Source: a virus
Length of the DNA: 64,000 nucleotides
IMG/VR virus record: IMGVR_UViG_3300022744_000020
Coordinates: 26,203-90,202 of that record
Direction: 5' to 3' (one strand)
The notes beneath the pieces are model-generated. The model worked only from the letters and a program-made list of their open reading frames with translations, was not told the origin of the DNA and searched no databases. The translations under genes and the position numbers were made by a program. Every line of letters starts with the position of its first letter. The stretch's first letter is position 1. Below are positions 29,497 to 39,511 of the stretch, piece by piece.

Positions 29497-32400
29497 GCAT
29501 GAATTTTGACATCTGGCTGCGCAAGTTTGCAGCCCATGAACTCTCTCAGGTCGTTACCCCGAAGCTGAGAACCCTCAACGATTGGGAGTTCCCGCAATCG
29601 TCGGTTTATCACTATCAGCTTGCGGATGGAATCGAGATGGGTCCAGGACCTGACGATATCTACGTCCGAAAGATTGAGCGCGCCATCCTCTTCCAGAACG
29701 TCACGAAGCTCAGTCGTCTGGAAGGTAATCCGAGATTCAGTGCCGGGTTGGAAACCAACATCATCAAGGCTTATCGCGCCAGTAATAAACGCGTGAGACC
29801 TTTGGCTACTTTGGCTTCTGCGGTATCCGACACCCAGTCTCTGCTGCTGATTAACTACGCGCCGCTGGGGAAAACCTATCGGTACGTGAAGAATGTTTTC
29901 ACCGTTTATCACAAGTGGCTGAACTCTTTCTCCACCACGGTGGATGAAATCGTTAAAGCCTGCGAGGTGTTGCCGCATCATGCGCATTTCCTCTTTGCTG
30001 GAACGCCAACGCTGATCCCCAGCGTTTCTCAGTACGAAAGTGCTGAGAAGAATTTCGTGCAGAACGATCTGAAGTTCTTCATCGGTCGAGATGCGTTCTT
30101 GTCGCTGGAATTCTGGAAGTGGCTGTCATCGAATCGTCAGGCAAGCATTCTGGCGAAGATCCCCAAGAATCACCTGAAGAAAGTGAACATCGTCTACCAA
30201 GAAACGGGTAAATGGGTTTGCTTGAACCTGGGTTATCTGGACAGTTTCCGGAATCCTCAAGCAAACGATCCATGGGCTGGGATGGAGTCGGGAGTTGCCA
30301 AGCCTGATAGCAGCCTTTCCCCGGAGCAGATTCAAAAGCGCTATCTTCGTTTCCTGATGACTCTCATGCAAGAGAGAACGGTCACGGCCAACACCGAAGA
30401 CGAAGACGATAAAGCCGATGATGCACGCATCGGGCAAATCGAGAAAGGCGCACCTGAAATCAAGAAAGAGGATCAGCAAGCTGACGGTGGTGATGACGTT
30501 GGTCTTACGCCGGAACAAGTGGCTGCAAAGATCCAGGCTGAGGATGCAGAGATCGATCACGACTTGGCTCAGCTCAACGAAATACTCTCGAAAAATTACA
30601 ACAAGCAAACGGAGAGTGTTGCCGAGATCCTACAGGCACCAATGTCGGAGATAGAAGCCAACACGATCGACAGATGCCAACGACTGGCGGAAGATGGTCT
30701 GCTGACCGCCAAGGAGATGGCGCGCTTCAAGAAACTCTCCACGTCATACAAGTCTTTACCGAGCCCTTATGGTGACGGCACCATTGAGCAAAGCATCGAT
30801 TTGTCGGATCCTGAGCTGACTAAGCTCAAAGTGCAGGAGATCATCAAGACTCCCACGGTTCACGACGAGTCGATGCTGAAATCCAGTCTGACGACATTCG
30901 ATCTGGATTATCAAAAGAAAACGCTCAACAAGCACACCGTTGCCTGCGTGATGGCCGCTCAACGAGCAGGTGGTGCGATCACCGCCTACGAAGTTGATAA
31001 GGTCGAAAACATCCTTGGCGCTTACGAAGTACACAGCGTCAAGTACGTTCCGATCGAAGGAGCCCCGAGCACTTGGAAATTCAAACGACCTGTTCTGAAT
31101 GATGATGGCACGTTCACTTCGAATGGAACTCGGTATCGCTTGAGAAAGCAGCGTATCGATCTTCCGATTCGCAAAATTTCACCGAAGGAAGTTTTGCTGA
31201 CAAGCTATTTCGGTAAAGTCAAGGTACTCAGATCGCGCAAGCGACAACACGACTTTGGCGAATGGCTGGCTGATCGTGTCATGAATGACGCGATGACCAA
31301 ACGCAATCCGCTCATCACCAGTGTGTCGATGAGCGACAGCTTTGATTCAGAGCTGAAGGCGCCTCGAGCCTACACCAGCCTGTCCATGAATTATCGGTTC
31401 ATTGACACGCCTCAATGGAGGCTGATGTTTGACCAGGAAGAAGTTCTCAAAGCAGTGGATCCTGCTGTGACGAACGCGGCACGGTCCTTGGGGAATTTGG
31501 TCATCTCCTACAGAGAAGATGGCGGGTACCTCATGCTTGACTCGCATGGTGCCGTGCATGAAGTCCTTCCGGACCAACCAGTCAAGGTACTCACGAGTCT
31601 GGAGGAGTTTCTCGGAATCCCGGTACATGAAGCTCCGATTGATTTTGCTGAGGTGAAGATCTACGGCAAAGAAATCCCGGTGGGTCTGATCCTGTCTTAT
31701 TACAAGGGACTGAGCAATCTGCTGAACATTCTGGGCATTCAGTACCGAAGAGAGCAAACGGGCACACGAACGACGGCGAATCTGGGCGAGTGGGCCCTCA
31801 CCTTTGCAGATGAGCGCCTTGTCTTCTCCAGAGACGATAAGTTTGCTTGTCTGGTTTTGGGTGGGTTCCGAGATTACCAAAAGATCCTCACGCTTTATTC
31901 GGTCTACTCTTTCGATCAGCGGGGAGTCTACCTGAATGTGCTGGAATCGGCAAAGCTGGGCGTTCGCTATCTGAGGGAGATGGGTTTGATGAACGACATG
32001 TTCGTTGATCCCATCACGCTTGAGATCCTGAAGAAGATGAAGGAGCCCCAGAAGTTTGAAGGGCTCCTGCTGCGCGCATGTGAACTTCTCCTCAGCGACA
32101 GCCACCCGAAGGAAATCGATCCTGACTTCATGCGCATTCGAGGGAACGAACGATTCGCTGGTGTCATCTACACCGAAATCGTGGCCAGCCTTCGTGCGCA
32201 CAACGCTCAGATTGGGAAGTCTGGCAAGCGCGTAGAAATGCATCCGTTTGCTATCGATAAGCGAATCAGTGAAGATTCGTCTAAGATGCAATGCGACGAG
32301 CTGAATCCCATTCAAGCGCTGAAAGAAATCGAAGCTGTTACCTACACGGGTGAGGGTGGTAGATCTATCCGCTCGATGACGAAGAAGACCCGAGGCTACC

Positions 32401-32597
32401 ACAAGAACGATCGGGATCTGATTTCTGAAGCGACGGTGGATAGCTCGATGGTGGCTATCAATGTCTATACCAGTGCGAATCCAAAGCTGGAAGACCTCAG
32501 CGGAAATGCCGAGAAACGAGTAGGCACTGAGAAATCGACACCGGGATCCATGCTTTCTACGTCGGCTCTACTCGCACCCGCGTGTGACCGTGACGAT
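29493..32597 (+). CDS. Virion RNA polymerase beta N-terminal subunit (phiKZ gp178-like), exon 1
   Basis: RLRKQRIDLPIRKI, TYTGEGGRS, ISEATVDS motifs. Ends DRDD at the intron 5' splice site. Confidence 0.92.
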
Positions 32598-32983
32598 TAA
32601 GTCGTACTGAATAGGTGCGATATGGTCACCCTTGACGGTAACGTCTCGTGGTAATCCTCTTGAACTGCGGGGACCCCCTTAGAGCCTTGTGTACCAAGTG
32701 CGGTCCGTAATGATCGCATGGCCGTTCTAACCAAACGGGTATGGTAAAAAGCACAAGGATTGGGAAATCGCGCATCCAAGCTTCCCACTTACCGATGAGT
32801 CGGTAAAGGAAGAAGGTTCAACGACTAGGGCCTTGTCAGCCCGTACCTACCAAGCGGTGGGGAAGTAGGAGGCTCCAGAAGAGATTCTGGATGCAGATAT
32901 AGTCTGTTCTGCATCGAAAGGTGCAGCAGTCCAGCTAAACGTAAGCTGGACGGTCTGGATTAGCGTCCCAGATGAACATAAAG
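32598..32983 (+). ncRNA. Group I self-splicing intron, 386 nt, no internal endonuclease ORF
   Basis: P1 ACGAT/GTCGT with U-G at the splice site. P AACTGCGGGGA 32663, Q AATCGCGCATC 32766, R GTTCAACGACTA 32816, S AGATATAGTC 32895. P3 CCTCTT/AGGAGG. P8 and P9 with GNRA loops. Terminal G 32983. Removal gives in-frame DRDD-PKRINFISIQ. Confidence 0.93.
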
Positions 32984-34102
32984 CCAAAGCGAATAAATTT
33001 TATTTCAATCCAACAAGGCCATACCGTTCCCTGTGCTGGATACCATGCACCGGTGATGAGAACTGGTTATGAAGCGGTCATCGCTCATCGTACCACGGAT
33101 ACCTTTGCCTATACGGCTAAAAAACCTGGAAAGGTCTTGAAGGTAAATCCGAAGGGGATCATCATCGAGTACGAAGACGGTGAGCGCGTTGGGTTGCGCT
33201 TGGGTAGACGGTTCGGTCTGGCCTCTGGCATGACGGTTCCGCACGATGTCGTCACGTTCCAAAAAGAAGGTGCGACTTTCCAAGTCGGAGATTGCATCTC
33301 TTACAACGAAGGATTTTTCGAGCGAGACATCTTCAGCCCGAATTGCGTGGTGATGAAGAACTCCCTGGTGTGTCGTGCGGTGATCATGGAGTCTTCGGAT
33401 ACGCTGGAAGACTCCTCAACCATCTCCCCTAAGTTGGCAAAGAAGTTGTCGACAAAGGTGACGCACACCATCACCAAGGTGGTCCGGTTCGATCAAACAG
33501 TCACCAACGTTCTGGAAGAAGGTCAAGCGGTTAGTTTTGACACGGTGCTGTGCTATATCCAGTCCGACGCCTCGGCAAACTCGGCTGCGTTCTCTGACGA
33601 AACACTGGAAACGCTTGAGGCCCTGGATACTGGAACCCCGAGGGCTCGGGTAGATGGGGTGGTGGATGCCGTCGAGGTTTACTACCATGGCGAGCTGTTG
33701 GATATGAATGAGTCGCTTCAGATCCTGGCAAAGCAAAGCAACGAGAGACTCAAGAAAAAAGCCGAACAATCGGAAACCACAGCATTCACAGGACAAGTGG
33801 ATGGAGGCTTCCGCATTCAAGGCACGCCAATGCCGATTGAGAACGTGGCGATTCGCTTCTACATCACCAGCGACACCCCCGCCGGTGTCGGGGATAAGGG
33901 TGTGGTTGCGAACCAGATGAAGACAGTCCACGGAGCGATAATGGATGGGGTTTACAGAAGCGAAGACGGTCAAGAAATTGATTTGATTTTCGGCGCTCAA
34001 TCGTTCGATGCTCGGATTGTGAATTCGCCGTACATCCTCGGTATGGTCACCACGGTGCGCCAACTCACCTCCAAGAGAGCCGCAGAGATGTATTTCTCAT
34101 GA
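32984..34102 (+). CDS. Virion RNA polymerase beta subunit, exon 2 (spliced product about 1407 aa)
   Basis: PKRINFISIQ, TLEDS, GVGDKGVVANQMKT beta motifs. Confidence 0.92.
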   Translation, partial: PKRINFISIQQGHTVPCAGYHAPVMRTGYEAVIAHRTTDTFAYTAKKPGKVLKVNPKGIIIEYEDGERVGLRLGRRFGLASGMTVPHDVVTFQKEGATFQVGDCISYNEGFFERDIFSPNCVVMKNSLVCRAVIMESSDTLEDSSTISPKLAKKLSTKVTHTITKVVRFDQTVTNVLEEGQAVSFDTVLCYIQSDASANSAAFSDETLETLEALDTGTPRARVDGVVDAVEVYYHGELLDMNESLQILAKQSNERLKKKAEQSETTAFTGQVDGGFRIQGTPMPIENVAIRFYITSDTPAGVGDKGVVANQMKTVHGAIMDGVYRSEDGQEIDLIFGAQSFDARIVNSPYILGMVTTVRQLTSKRAAEMYFS

Positions 34103-34230
34103 AGTGAGTCCTTGATCCTCAGAAAAGCTCTCAAGCGGGCTTTATGAGGGTACCCAACACCTCGGAGGGGATTAGGCCAAATCAGCCTAATCCCTCTCTT
34201 TTTCAGTTTATTTCTTTACCTACCACGATC

Positions 34231-34425
34231 ATGGTCAAAACCGAATCGAATCAAACAGCGCTGGTTTCTGGTGCGTTGATCACTCTGGGAACCCGAATCC
34301 TCGAAGAATCACAAGACGGCACCACGGCGGAGACCATCAACGGTCGTGACGCTGATCGCAAGAACCTCGCACAACTGGTGGCCGCACTGATGCATCGCAA
34401 GCTGCTCGAGAAGCGCCGGTCCTGA
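34231..34425 (+). CDS. Small hypothetical protein (64 aa)
   Basis: ORF between vRNAP beta and the next structural gene, host-like codon usage. Confidence 0.6.
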   Translation: MVKTESNQTALVSGALITLGTRILEESQDGTTAETINGRDADRKNLAQLVAALMHRKLLEKRRS

Positions 34426-34469
34426 TCTTCAGCCCACCAAACAAACCAAAAACCTAAGAGGCACCTGCC

Positions 34470-35924
34470 ATGATTTTTGAAACTGCTGCCAAATGCGCTG
34501 TCGAGATCGCCGACGATCTGGAGGCTTCTGGTCTTTACGCTCGTGCGAAGCCGTCTACTCCGATGGCGGCCGTGGTGAACGCCGTCACCATTCCTGGTCC
34601 CGCGCTGCCTCAGTCTGAGCCGGTCATTTATGACTACGGCCTGCTGATGGGAATGACGGACAACTTCGGTGCACGCGATCGCGGAGAAACTCCGGTGTTT
34701 GAGCTGGAAATGGCAGCACTGGCCAGCCAGATCGGCAAAGCAGTGTCGGACCATTTCATGTTCGCCCGAACGGTGGCCAAGCCACTCATCATGGAACTGG
34801 CCACGGCGATCGTGGCCGACATGGGTCAACTCGAAGTCAATCCGCACTCGGATGTTCAAGTGGTGGAGTTCGACATTCCGGATTTCCTCAAAGACGCCGG
34901 CATGCTCGAGGAAATCAAGCGCGTTCAATCGGACAAGTTCAGCCTACAGGCTCTTCCGATGATGTCGGCTCCGGACCTCACGATCTATGAGATCGTGACT
35001 CAAATCGGACAGTTCGGCGCCGGGAACAAAGAGATCGCTCTCTGGCTGAATGGTCTGACTCCTGAGTTCCTGGAAGGTGCTTGGAAGGGCGTGTTCCAGT
35101 CCGACGTAGGTGGGATCGGTTTCCACAACACGGAAGTCGGCAAGAAACAAGTCGACCTGTGCATCTTCACGTACGCTCTGTCGTTCACGCTGGCCGCCGA
35201 CATCCCTGACGGCGTCACGGTGAGTCTGGGTCAATGGAAGTCGGATCTGACCGTTCTGCGTCAACAATCTGCACGACTGCTGGCGCTGGCCATCGACGAG
35301 TTCGAAGTCCAAAAAGAAACCAAGACGGTGCACATTCGCCGAGCTGGCAAAGACATCGTGGTCAATGCTGCTGTTCTGCGCGAGTTCGAAGAACAAGGAC
35401 TCACCCGCGCTGTGTTGATTGCCAACGCAATGCAGGAGCGACCCTACGTTTATGCTTCGGCCATCGTGAAGAACATCTCGGCACTGCAGGCAATGTGGGA
35501 TTCTTTTGTCGGGCGTGAAAAGCTGCGACTCGAGAATGATCGTCTGCGCCTGTTCGTGGATTCGGCTCGACGCCAATCCCTGAAGCTGGTCACGGACAAT
35601 TTCGAGAAGGTCTATGAGCACCTGGGTGAGAATGCGGTGAACAACCGGGACAATCCTGCGTACCTGGCATTCCTCGAAGCCATGCGTGCCTACACGGGTA
35701 GCCTCAAGCTCAAGGCCGTGGAGAACGTGAATGATGTCGCACACGTGATCATCTGCAACTGCCTGTTCCCACATACGGCCTGCGATCAGATTCTGGACGG
35801 GATCAGCGAGGCCATGAGTCAGAATCAAGGTGCCAACATGGACGTGAAGGAAGCGGCGCTGTATTCCAAGGCTTCCTACATCGTGGACTTCCTGCTGGAT
35901 CAAGTCGAACTCGTGAGCATCTAA
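34470..35924 (+). CDS. Putative virion head protein (phiKZ gp177-like position, 484 aa)
   Basis: GAGG RBS, synteny between vRNAP beta and the protease. Confidence 0.7.
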   Translation: MIFETAAKCAVEIADDLEASGLYARAKPSTPMAAVVNAVTIPGPALPQSEPVIYDYGLLMGMTDNFGARDRGETPVFELEMAALASQIGKAVSDHFMFARTVAKPLIMELATAIVADMGQLEVNPHSDVQVVEFDIPDFLKDAGMLEEIKRVQSDKFSLQALPMMSAPDLTIYEIVTQIGQFGAGNKEIALWLNGLTPEFLEGAWKGVFQSDVGGIGFHNTEVGKKQVDLCIFTYALSFTLAADIPDGVTVSLGQWKSDLTVLRQQSARLLALAIDEFEVQKETKTVHIRRAGKDIVVNAAVLREFEEQGLTRAVLIANAMQERPYVYASAIVKNISALQAMWDSFVGREKLRLENDRLRLFVDSARRQSLKLVTDNFEKVYEHLGENAVNNRDNPAYLAFLEAMRAYTGSLKLKAVENVNDVAHVIICNCLFPHTACDQILDGISEAMSQNQGANMDVKEAALYSKASYIVDFLLDQVELVSI

Positions 35925-36647
35925 ATGCAATCCACCTCCTACGTCAGAAACCGGCAAGCAGTTCTGGATGATCTGGTTTTGGGGGAGGACTCGCGGATGA
36001 TCACCAAGCAAGGTTGCAAAATCCACATACCCACCCGGTATGTGGAGTACAAGCTGGGTCAAATCGGCTTGACCAACCTGATCCTTGGTATCCATGCAAT
36101 CATCGTCGGGAATCAGTACGCTGTACGCATCGTGGATGCCATGATGCGGATCCGTCCAACGACCACGACGAAGATCAAGGTGGATGACGAAGATTACTAC
36201 GAGTTCGATTTCCCTCCTGGCTCTGTGGTTTACGAGTCGACCGATCTCGTGAAGACGCCAACCCTGGTGTACTTCATTCAGACTCCGTTCTTTACCCGAG
36301 GAAAAACTCCTTGGTTCATGAACTATCTGGATCGGGCTGAAATCTTCAGCACTGCTCAAAAGCACGCCGGTGCTGCGATTGGTCTGAACCGGGAAATTCC
36401 GGAGTTTCTGGTCTCTCTGACCTCTCGAGACGCCCAGGATCAATCAGTCGAATATCGTCACGCGATCAAGAGCATTGATGACGTCTACCGCCGGCCTGCG
36501 ATGACAGTCCCGGTTCGTAACGTTTCGACTTCGGCCAGTGGCACCTTCAGCAAGCTTGGAGGCGCCTACATGCGTCAAGGGGTGGTGTCGGCCCTGGTCA
36601 AGCCCAGTGAGCGCTCTAGCGACATTGAGACGATTCTGAGACAGTAA
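35925..36647 (+). CDS. Conserved virion protein (phiKZ gp176-like position), possible vRNAP-associated subunit
   Basis: Abuts the upstream gene and precedes the prohead protease. Assignment is by synteny only. Confidence 0.65.
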   Translation: MQSTSYVRNRQAVLDDLVLGEDSRMITKQGCKIHIPTRYVEYKLGQIGLTNLILGIHAIIVGNQYAVRIVDAMMRIRPTTTTKIKVDDEDYYEFDFPPGSVVYESTDLVKTPTLVYFIQTPFFTRGKTPWFMNYLDRAEIFSTAQKHAGAAIGLNREIPEFLVSLTSRDAQDQSVEYRHAIKSIDDVYRRPAMTVPVRNVSTSASGTFSKLGGAYMRQGVVSALVKPSERSSDIETILRQ

Positions 36648-36661
36648 TCCAATCACCGTTC

Positions 36662-36700
36662 ATACGCTACCTGCACGGTAAACCCGTGCAGGTAGCGTAT
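36662..36700. terminator. 17-bp perfect hairpin
   Basis: ATACGCTACCTGCACGG / CCGTGCAGGTAGCGTAT. Confidence 0.65.
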
Positions 36701-36761
36701 TGTGATTTTATTTTATAGACTGCGCTCTCTTCGACTCTTTTCTTTTAAGGACCTTTATCAC

Positions 36762-37559
36762 ATGGTAATAACAAGGCCACTTGGTGCTGCGAAGCCCCAG
36801 AAAACCTTATTCTCTTGCACGGCACTACCGGCAAACAAAGCCGGTATTCTCAAAAAGGACGAGTTCGGTTATTTCGAGATTCCCATCGGGGGATTGAATT
36901 GCTTTAATTCTGCGGGTCATTGGTACACCGCCGATCAAACTGCTGAGCTGTTCGCTAAGAGCTCCCACCTGAATCGAAGAATCGAAGACGGCAGACTCTT
37001 TGCAGAGGCGGGCCATCCGAAGCGCCTTCCCGGTCAGTCTGAAGACGACTATATCCAGCGCATCCTCACCATTGAGGAATCTATGGTGGCTGGACATTGG
37101 GCCAGCATCCGATTGGACTATGACTCCATCAAGGATGAAAGAGGCCGTCCGGTTGTGGCCATGATCGGCAAGGTCAAAGGTGAGGGGAAATTCGGTCCGG
37201 CACTTGAAAGTAGTTTGCTCAATCCCAAGATCAACACCGCGTTTTCGATTCGGTCTTTCACTGAGGACAGTTTTGTCGCAGGTGTTAGAAACCGAATTAT
37301 CCGTCAGATCATCACGTGGGACTGGGTCATCGAGCCGGGTATCTCGTTTGCGGGCAAATACAACAGCCCGTCTCTGGAGGGTCGCCGACTGGCGGTCGAT
37401 CTGGAGTCTGCTGAAATGACCCGTGAGGTCATTCAGCGAGCCATGCGCAAGCCTGTGTTGGCTGGCATGGAGTCCTGCCGTCTGATGGGCGTGGAGCTGT
37501 TCCAGCAGCTTGGTTGGAACATGGACGTGGGCGATCTTCCAAGTTACGCCAAGTGGTGA
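36762..37559 (+). CDS. Prohead maturation protease (phiKZ gp175 / T4 gp21 family)
   Basis: EAGHP (His), AFSIRS (Ser), ITWDWV.EPG (Asp). C-terminal SLE/GME candidate self-cleavage sites. AAGGA RBS. Confidence 0.9.
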   Translation: MVITRPLGAAKPQKTLFSCTALPANKAGILKKDEFGYFEIPIGGLNCFNSAGHWYTADQTAELFAKSSHLNRRIEDGRLFAEAGHPKRLPGQSEDDYIQRILTIEESMVAGHWASIRLDYDSIKDERGRPVVAMIGKVKGEGKFGPALESSLLNPKINTAFSIRSFTEDSFVAGVRNRIIRQIITWDWVIEPGISFAGKYNSPSLEGRRLAVDLESAEMTREVIQRAMRKPVLAGMESCRLMGVELFQQLGWNMDVGDLPSYAKW

Positions 37560-37578
37560 TGGCCAAAAAATAAACCAG

Positions 37579-37613
37579 AGGTATCTGGCTCCCACAAAGG
37601 GAGCCAGATACCT
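37579..37613. terminator. 15-bp hairpin between convergent genes
   Basis: AGGTATCTGGCTCCC / GGGAGCCAGATACCT. Confidence 0.7.
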
Positions 37614-37765
37614 TACTTTGATCGTCCGGTGCTTACGCGCTCCCATGGACCAGAGCTGCTTTTGTTGGTGAACCAAATGCAAAATCCGATGACAAGCGAA
37701 GCCACACCAATTAAGACCAGAAGAAGAAAAACCAAATAAATCTCAAGTTCGTTCAATGGCTGCAC
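37613..37765 (-). CDS. 50-aa single-pass membrane protein (not in ORF track)
   Basis: GGAG RBS, GTG start, MQPLNELEIYLVFLLLVLIGVASLVIGFCIWFTNKSSSGPWERVSTGRSK, stop abuts the hairpin. Confidence 0.65.
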   Translation of the reverse strand: MQPLNELEIYLVFLLLVLIGVASLVIGFCIWFTNKSSSGPWERVSTGRSK

Positions 37766-37841
37766 AGTCGACTCCAGGTAGAGAAAATAAAGAACTAATT
37801 CGATACGGTATTAAATGTCTTTATTTTACTGGAGTATGGCA

Positions 37842-38162
37842 ATGGACACTGGGGCGGCATTATCTTTCGACAAGATGATCCAATTCGTGAATAAAATGAT
37901 CCCGATCTTGGATCAGAGCACCAAGTCTTCTGACTACCCTTCTGCCGTTGATTGGCTTTCGGCGTTAGGTCAAAAGAAAAGAAGCCTGGAAACGATTCGG
38001 GCTCTGCTGCAAGAGTTTCGCCTTTACGATGATTTTCCAGGGCTCGATGGAAGATGTCTATCGGAAATCAGCAGAGTCGTCAAGGAATTAGGGATCCTGA
38101 AGAAAATGGAGAATGGAACTCCGTTCTCGGCCTTTGATGTTTCTCTGGCCTTCAAACACTGA
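37842..38162 (+). CDS. Hypothetical protein
   Basis: GGAG RBS, start 37836 or 37842, followed by a 16-bp hairpin at 38173-38211. Confidence 0.6.
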   Translation: MDTGAALSFDKMIQFVNKMIPILDQSTKSSDYPSAVDWLSALGQKKRSLETIRALLQEFRLYDDFPGLDGRCLSEISRVVKELGILKKMENGTPFSAFDVSLAFKH

Positions 38163-38224
38163 AGGAGCTAACCTTACTCCTCCATCGCCGTAAAAGCGAT
38201 GGAGGAGTAAGTAATCTGCAGTTT

Positions 38225-38252
38225 TTTATGGTCATATATTGTTTTGGTGAAT
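38225..38252 (+). promoter_or_regulatory. Putative early (vRNAP) promoter
   Basis: TTTATGGTCATATATTGTTTTGGTGAAT, match to the recurring motif. Confidence 0.6.
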
Positions 38253-38284
38253 CTCCACCTAAACTCCTGAGTAAAGGAACTCTC

Positions 38285-38635
38285 ATGACCTGGAACTTCT
38301 TCTCCCTCCTCCTTCGCGCTCTTCATTCGCTGTCGGATTTGATTTGGATGGCCCTGATGTACTTGAGTGACTACGACGCGATCGTGAACGACTATCACAA
38401 TCGCGTCGACCGTCTACACGATCTGATCTGCCACCGGCGGGTAGGTCGCAAGGCCAACGCCCTTCCCGGCTGGTCCGTCCAGAAGGAACTCGAAGAACTT
38501 GACAGCATCCGTGAGGACCTTCTGCGTGATGCTGCGAAGCTGTATTCGGGACGAGAGGATATGGAGTCGTTTGTGAAGTCTTACGACCTCATGCTGGAGG
38601 CTGTTCGAACCCACCTCACTTGGAGTGCCAAGTGA
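38285..38635 (+). CDS. Hypothetical early protein
   Basis: AAGGA RBS, flanked by promoter motif and U-tract terminator at about 38660-38689. Confidence 0.75.
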   Translation: MTWNFFSLLLRALHSLSDLIWMALMYLSDYDAIVNDYHNRVDRLHDLICHRRVGRKANALPGWSVQKELEELDSIREDLLRDAAKLYSGREDMESFVKSYDLMLEAVRTHLTWSAK

Positions 38636-38715
38636 ATCGAGTGACTCGTTGGTGAGAGAGAAAAGGGGCTCGTCTCCCCTTTTCTTTTTACTAACTAAAA
38701 TCCACATTCCAATTA

Positions 38716-38743
38716 TTTTCAGTCACATATAACCAATGTGAAT
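38716..38743 (+). promoter_or_regulatory. Putative early (vRNAP) promoter
   Basis: TTTTCAGTCACATATAACCAATGTGAAT. Confidence 0.6.
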
Positions 38744-38804
38744 CGAGTACAAATCGTGTATTCGAGCAACATTTCCCAAACCACTCCTGAGAAAAGGATT
38801 TGAA

Positions 38805-38909
38805 ATGAAGTCTCTCCTCGTCCACCTCTTCGTCGATCAGTGGGAAAAATGGGTCGGCGCAGTGACCGTCGGCGTCTTCTTCGCTGTTCTCATCGCTCAA
38901 GGAGCTTAA
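38805..38909 (+). CDS. 34-aa hydrophobic microprotein
   Basis: AAGGA RBS, MKSLLVHLFVDQWEKWVGAVTVGVFFAVLIAQGA. Confidence 0.75.
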   Translation: MKSLLVHLFVDQWEKWVGAVTVGVFFAVLIAQGA

Positions 38910-38911
38910 AA

Positions 38912-39013
38912 ATGAAAGCATTCGACATCACTGTTCAAGCAGCTTGGGTCGTGATTGGCCTGAGTATCGCCGCCAAAGGCGTGCAGATGATCCTGACCAC
39001 TGGCAACAAGTAA
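38912..39013 (+). CDS. 33-aa hydrophobic microprotein
   Basis: AAGGAG RBS inside the upstream ORF end, MKAFDITVQAAWVVIGLSIAAKGVQMILTTGNK. Confidence 0.75.
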   Translation: MKAFDITVQAAWVVIGLSIAAKGVQMILTTGNK

Positions 39014-39023
39014 GGAGCCAAAG

Positions 39024-39122
39024 ATGTTTCGTATTCTCATTGGATGCTTTCTCGTCGCCGTCGGCGCTGGCATCGCTCGTGACGCCCTTGAAGAGATCGG
39101 AGAGCTGATGGAAGACAACTGA
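39024..39122 (+). CDS. 32-aa hydrophobic microprotein with acidic tail
   Basis: TAAGGAG RBS, MFRILIGCFLVAVGAGIARDALEEIGELMEDN. Confidence 0.75.
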   Translation: MFRILIGCFLVAVGAGIARDALEEIGELMEDN

Positions 39123-39184
39123 CACCCATCTTCCTCTCTTCAACACCCTTCTCTCTTTTCCTACCACACTCCCGGAGCAACACC

Positions 39185-39487
39185 ATGACCCAAGCTGAAA
39201 CCAACGCCCAAGCCACCAACGAAACCAACAACGGCACCCCTCCCTTCAACGAAGAACAAGCAAACGCTGCCTATGAGGAAGCCACGCGCAAGACGCGCGA
39301 AGCCGAGGAGAAGGCTGCCGCTGAAGAGGCGGCACGCATCCGCAAGAACCTCCTGATCGCAGCCGGCAGCTTCGCTGCTGGTGCTGCCTCGGCCGTGGGC
39401 GTCGCCTACGCCTGCTGGAAGTTCTTCGGAAGCAAGAGCGGTGACGCTCCTGCCACTGCTGCTCCGACCGACGTCCCGTCGGCTTGA
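39185..39487 (+). CDS. 100-aa protein with charged helix and C-proximal TM segment
   Basis: GGAG RBS, LLIAAGSFAAGAASAVGVAYACW, very high GC3. Confidence 0.82.
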   Translation: MTQAETNAQATNETNNGTPPFNEEQANAAYEEATRKTREAEEKAAAEEAARIRKNLLIAAGSFAAGAASAVGVAYACWKFFGSKSGDAPATAAPTDVPSA

Positions 39488-39511
39488 GCCATGAGCCCTA
39501 CGGGGCTCACC

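Noticed and set aside
32598..32600. Stop-codon readthrough or recoding at the beta gene TAA
   Set aside because: The downstream coding part is in another frame 386 nt away and splicing explains it. No other sign of recoding was seen.
32597..32788. 63-aa minus-strand ORF as an intron endonuclease
   Set aside because: Antisense, too short, no HNH/GIY-YIG/LAGLIDADG motif, and it overlaps ribozyme helices.
32972..34102. 376-aa ORF as an independent gene
   Set aside because: Its ATG lies inside the intron 3' end without a clear RBS. It reads as exon 2 of vRNAP beta.
34944..36443. 499-aa minus-strand ORF, and similar ones at 8418-9809, 2539-3708, 31347-32402, 54201-55337
   Set aside because: Antisense shadows of well-supported genes, expected from codon bias.
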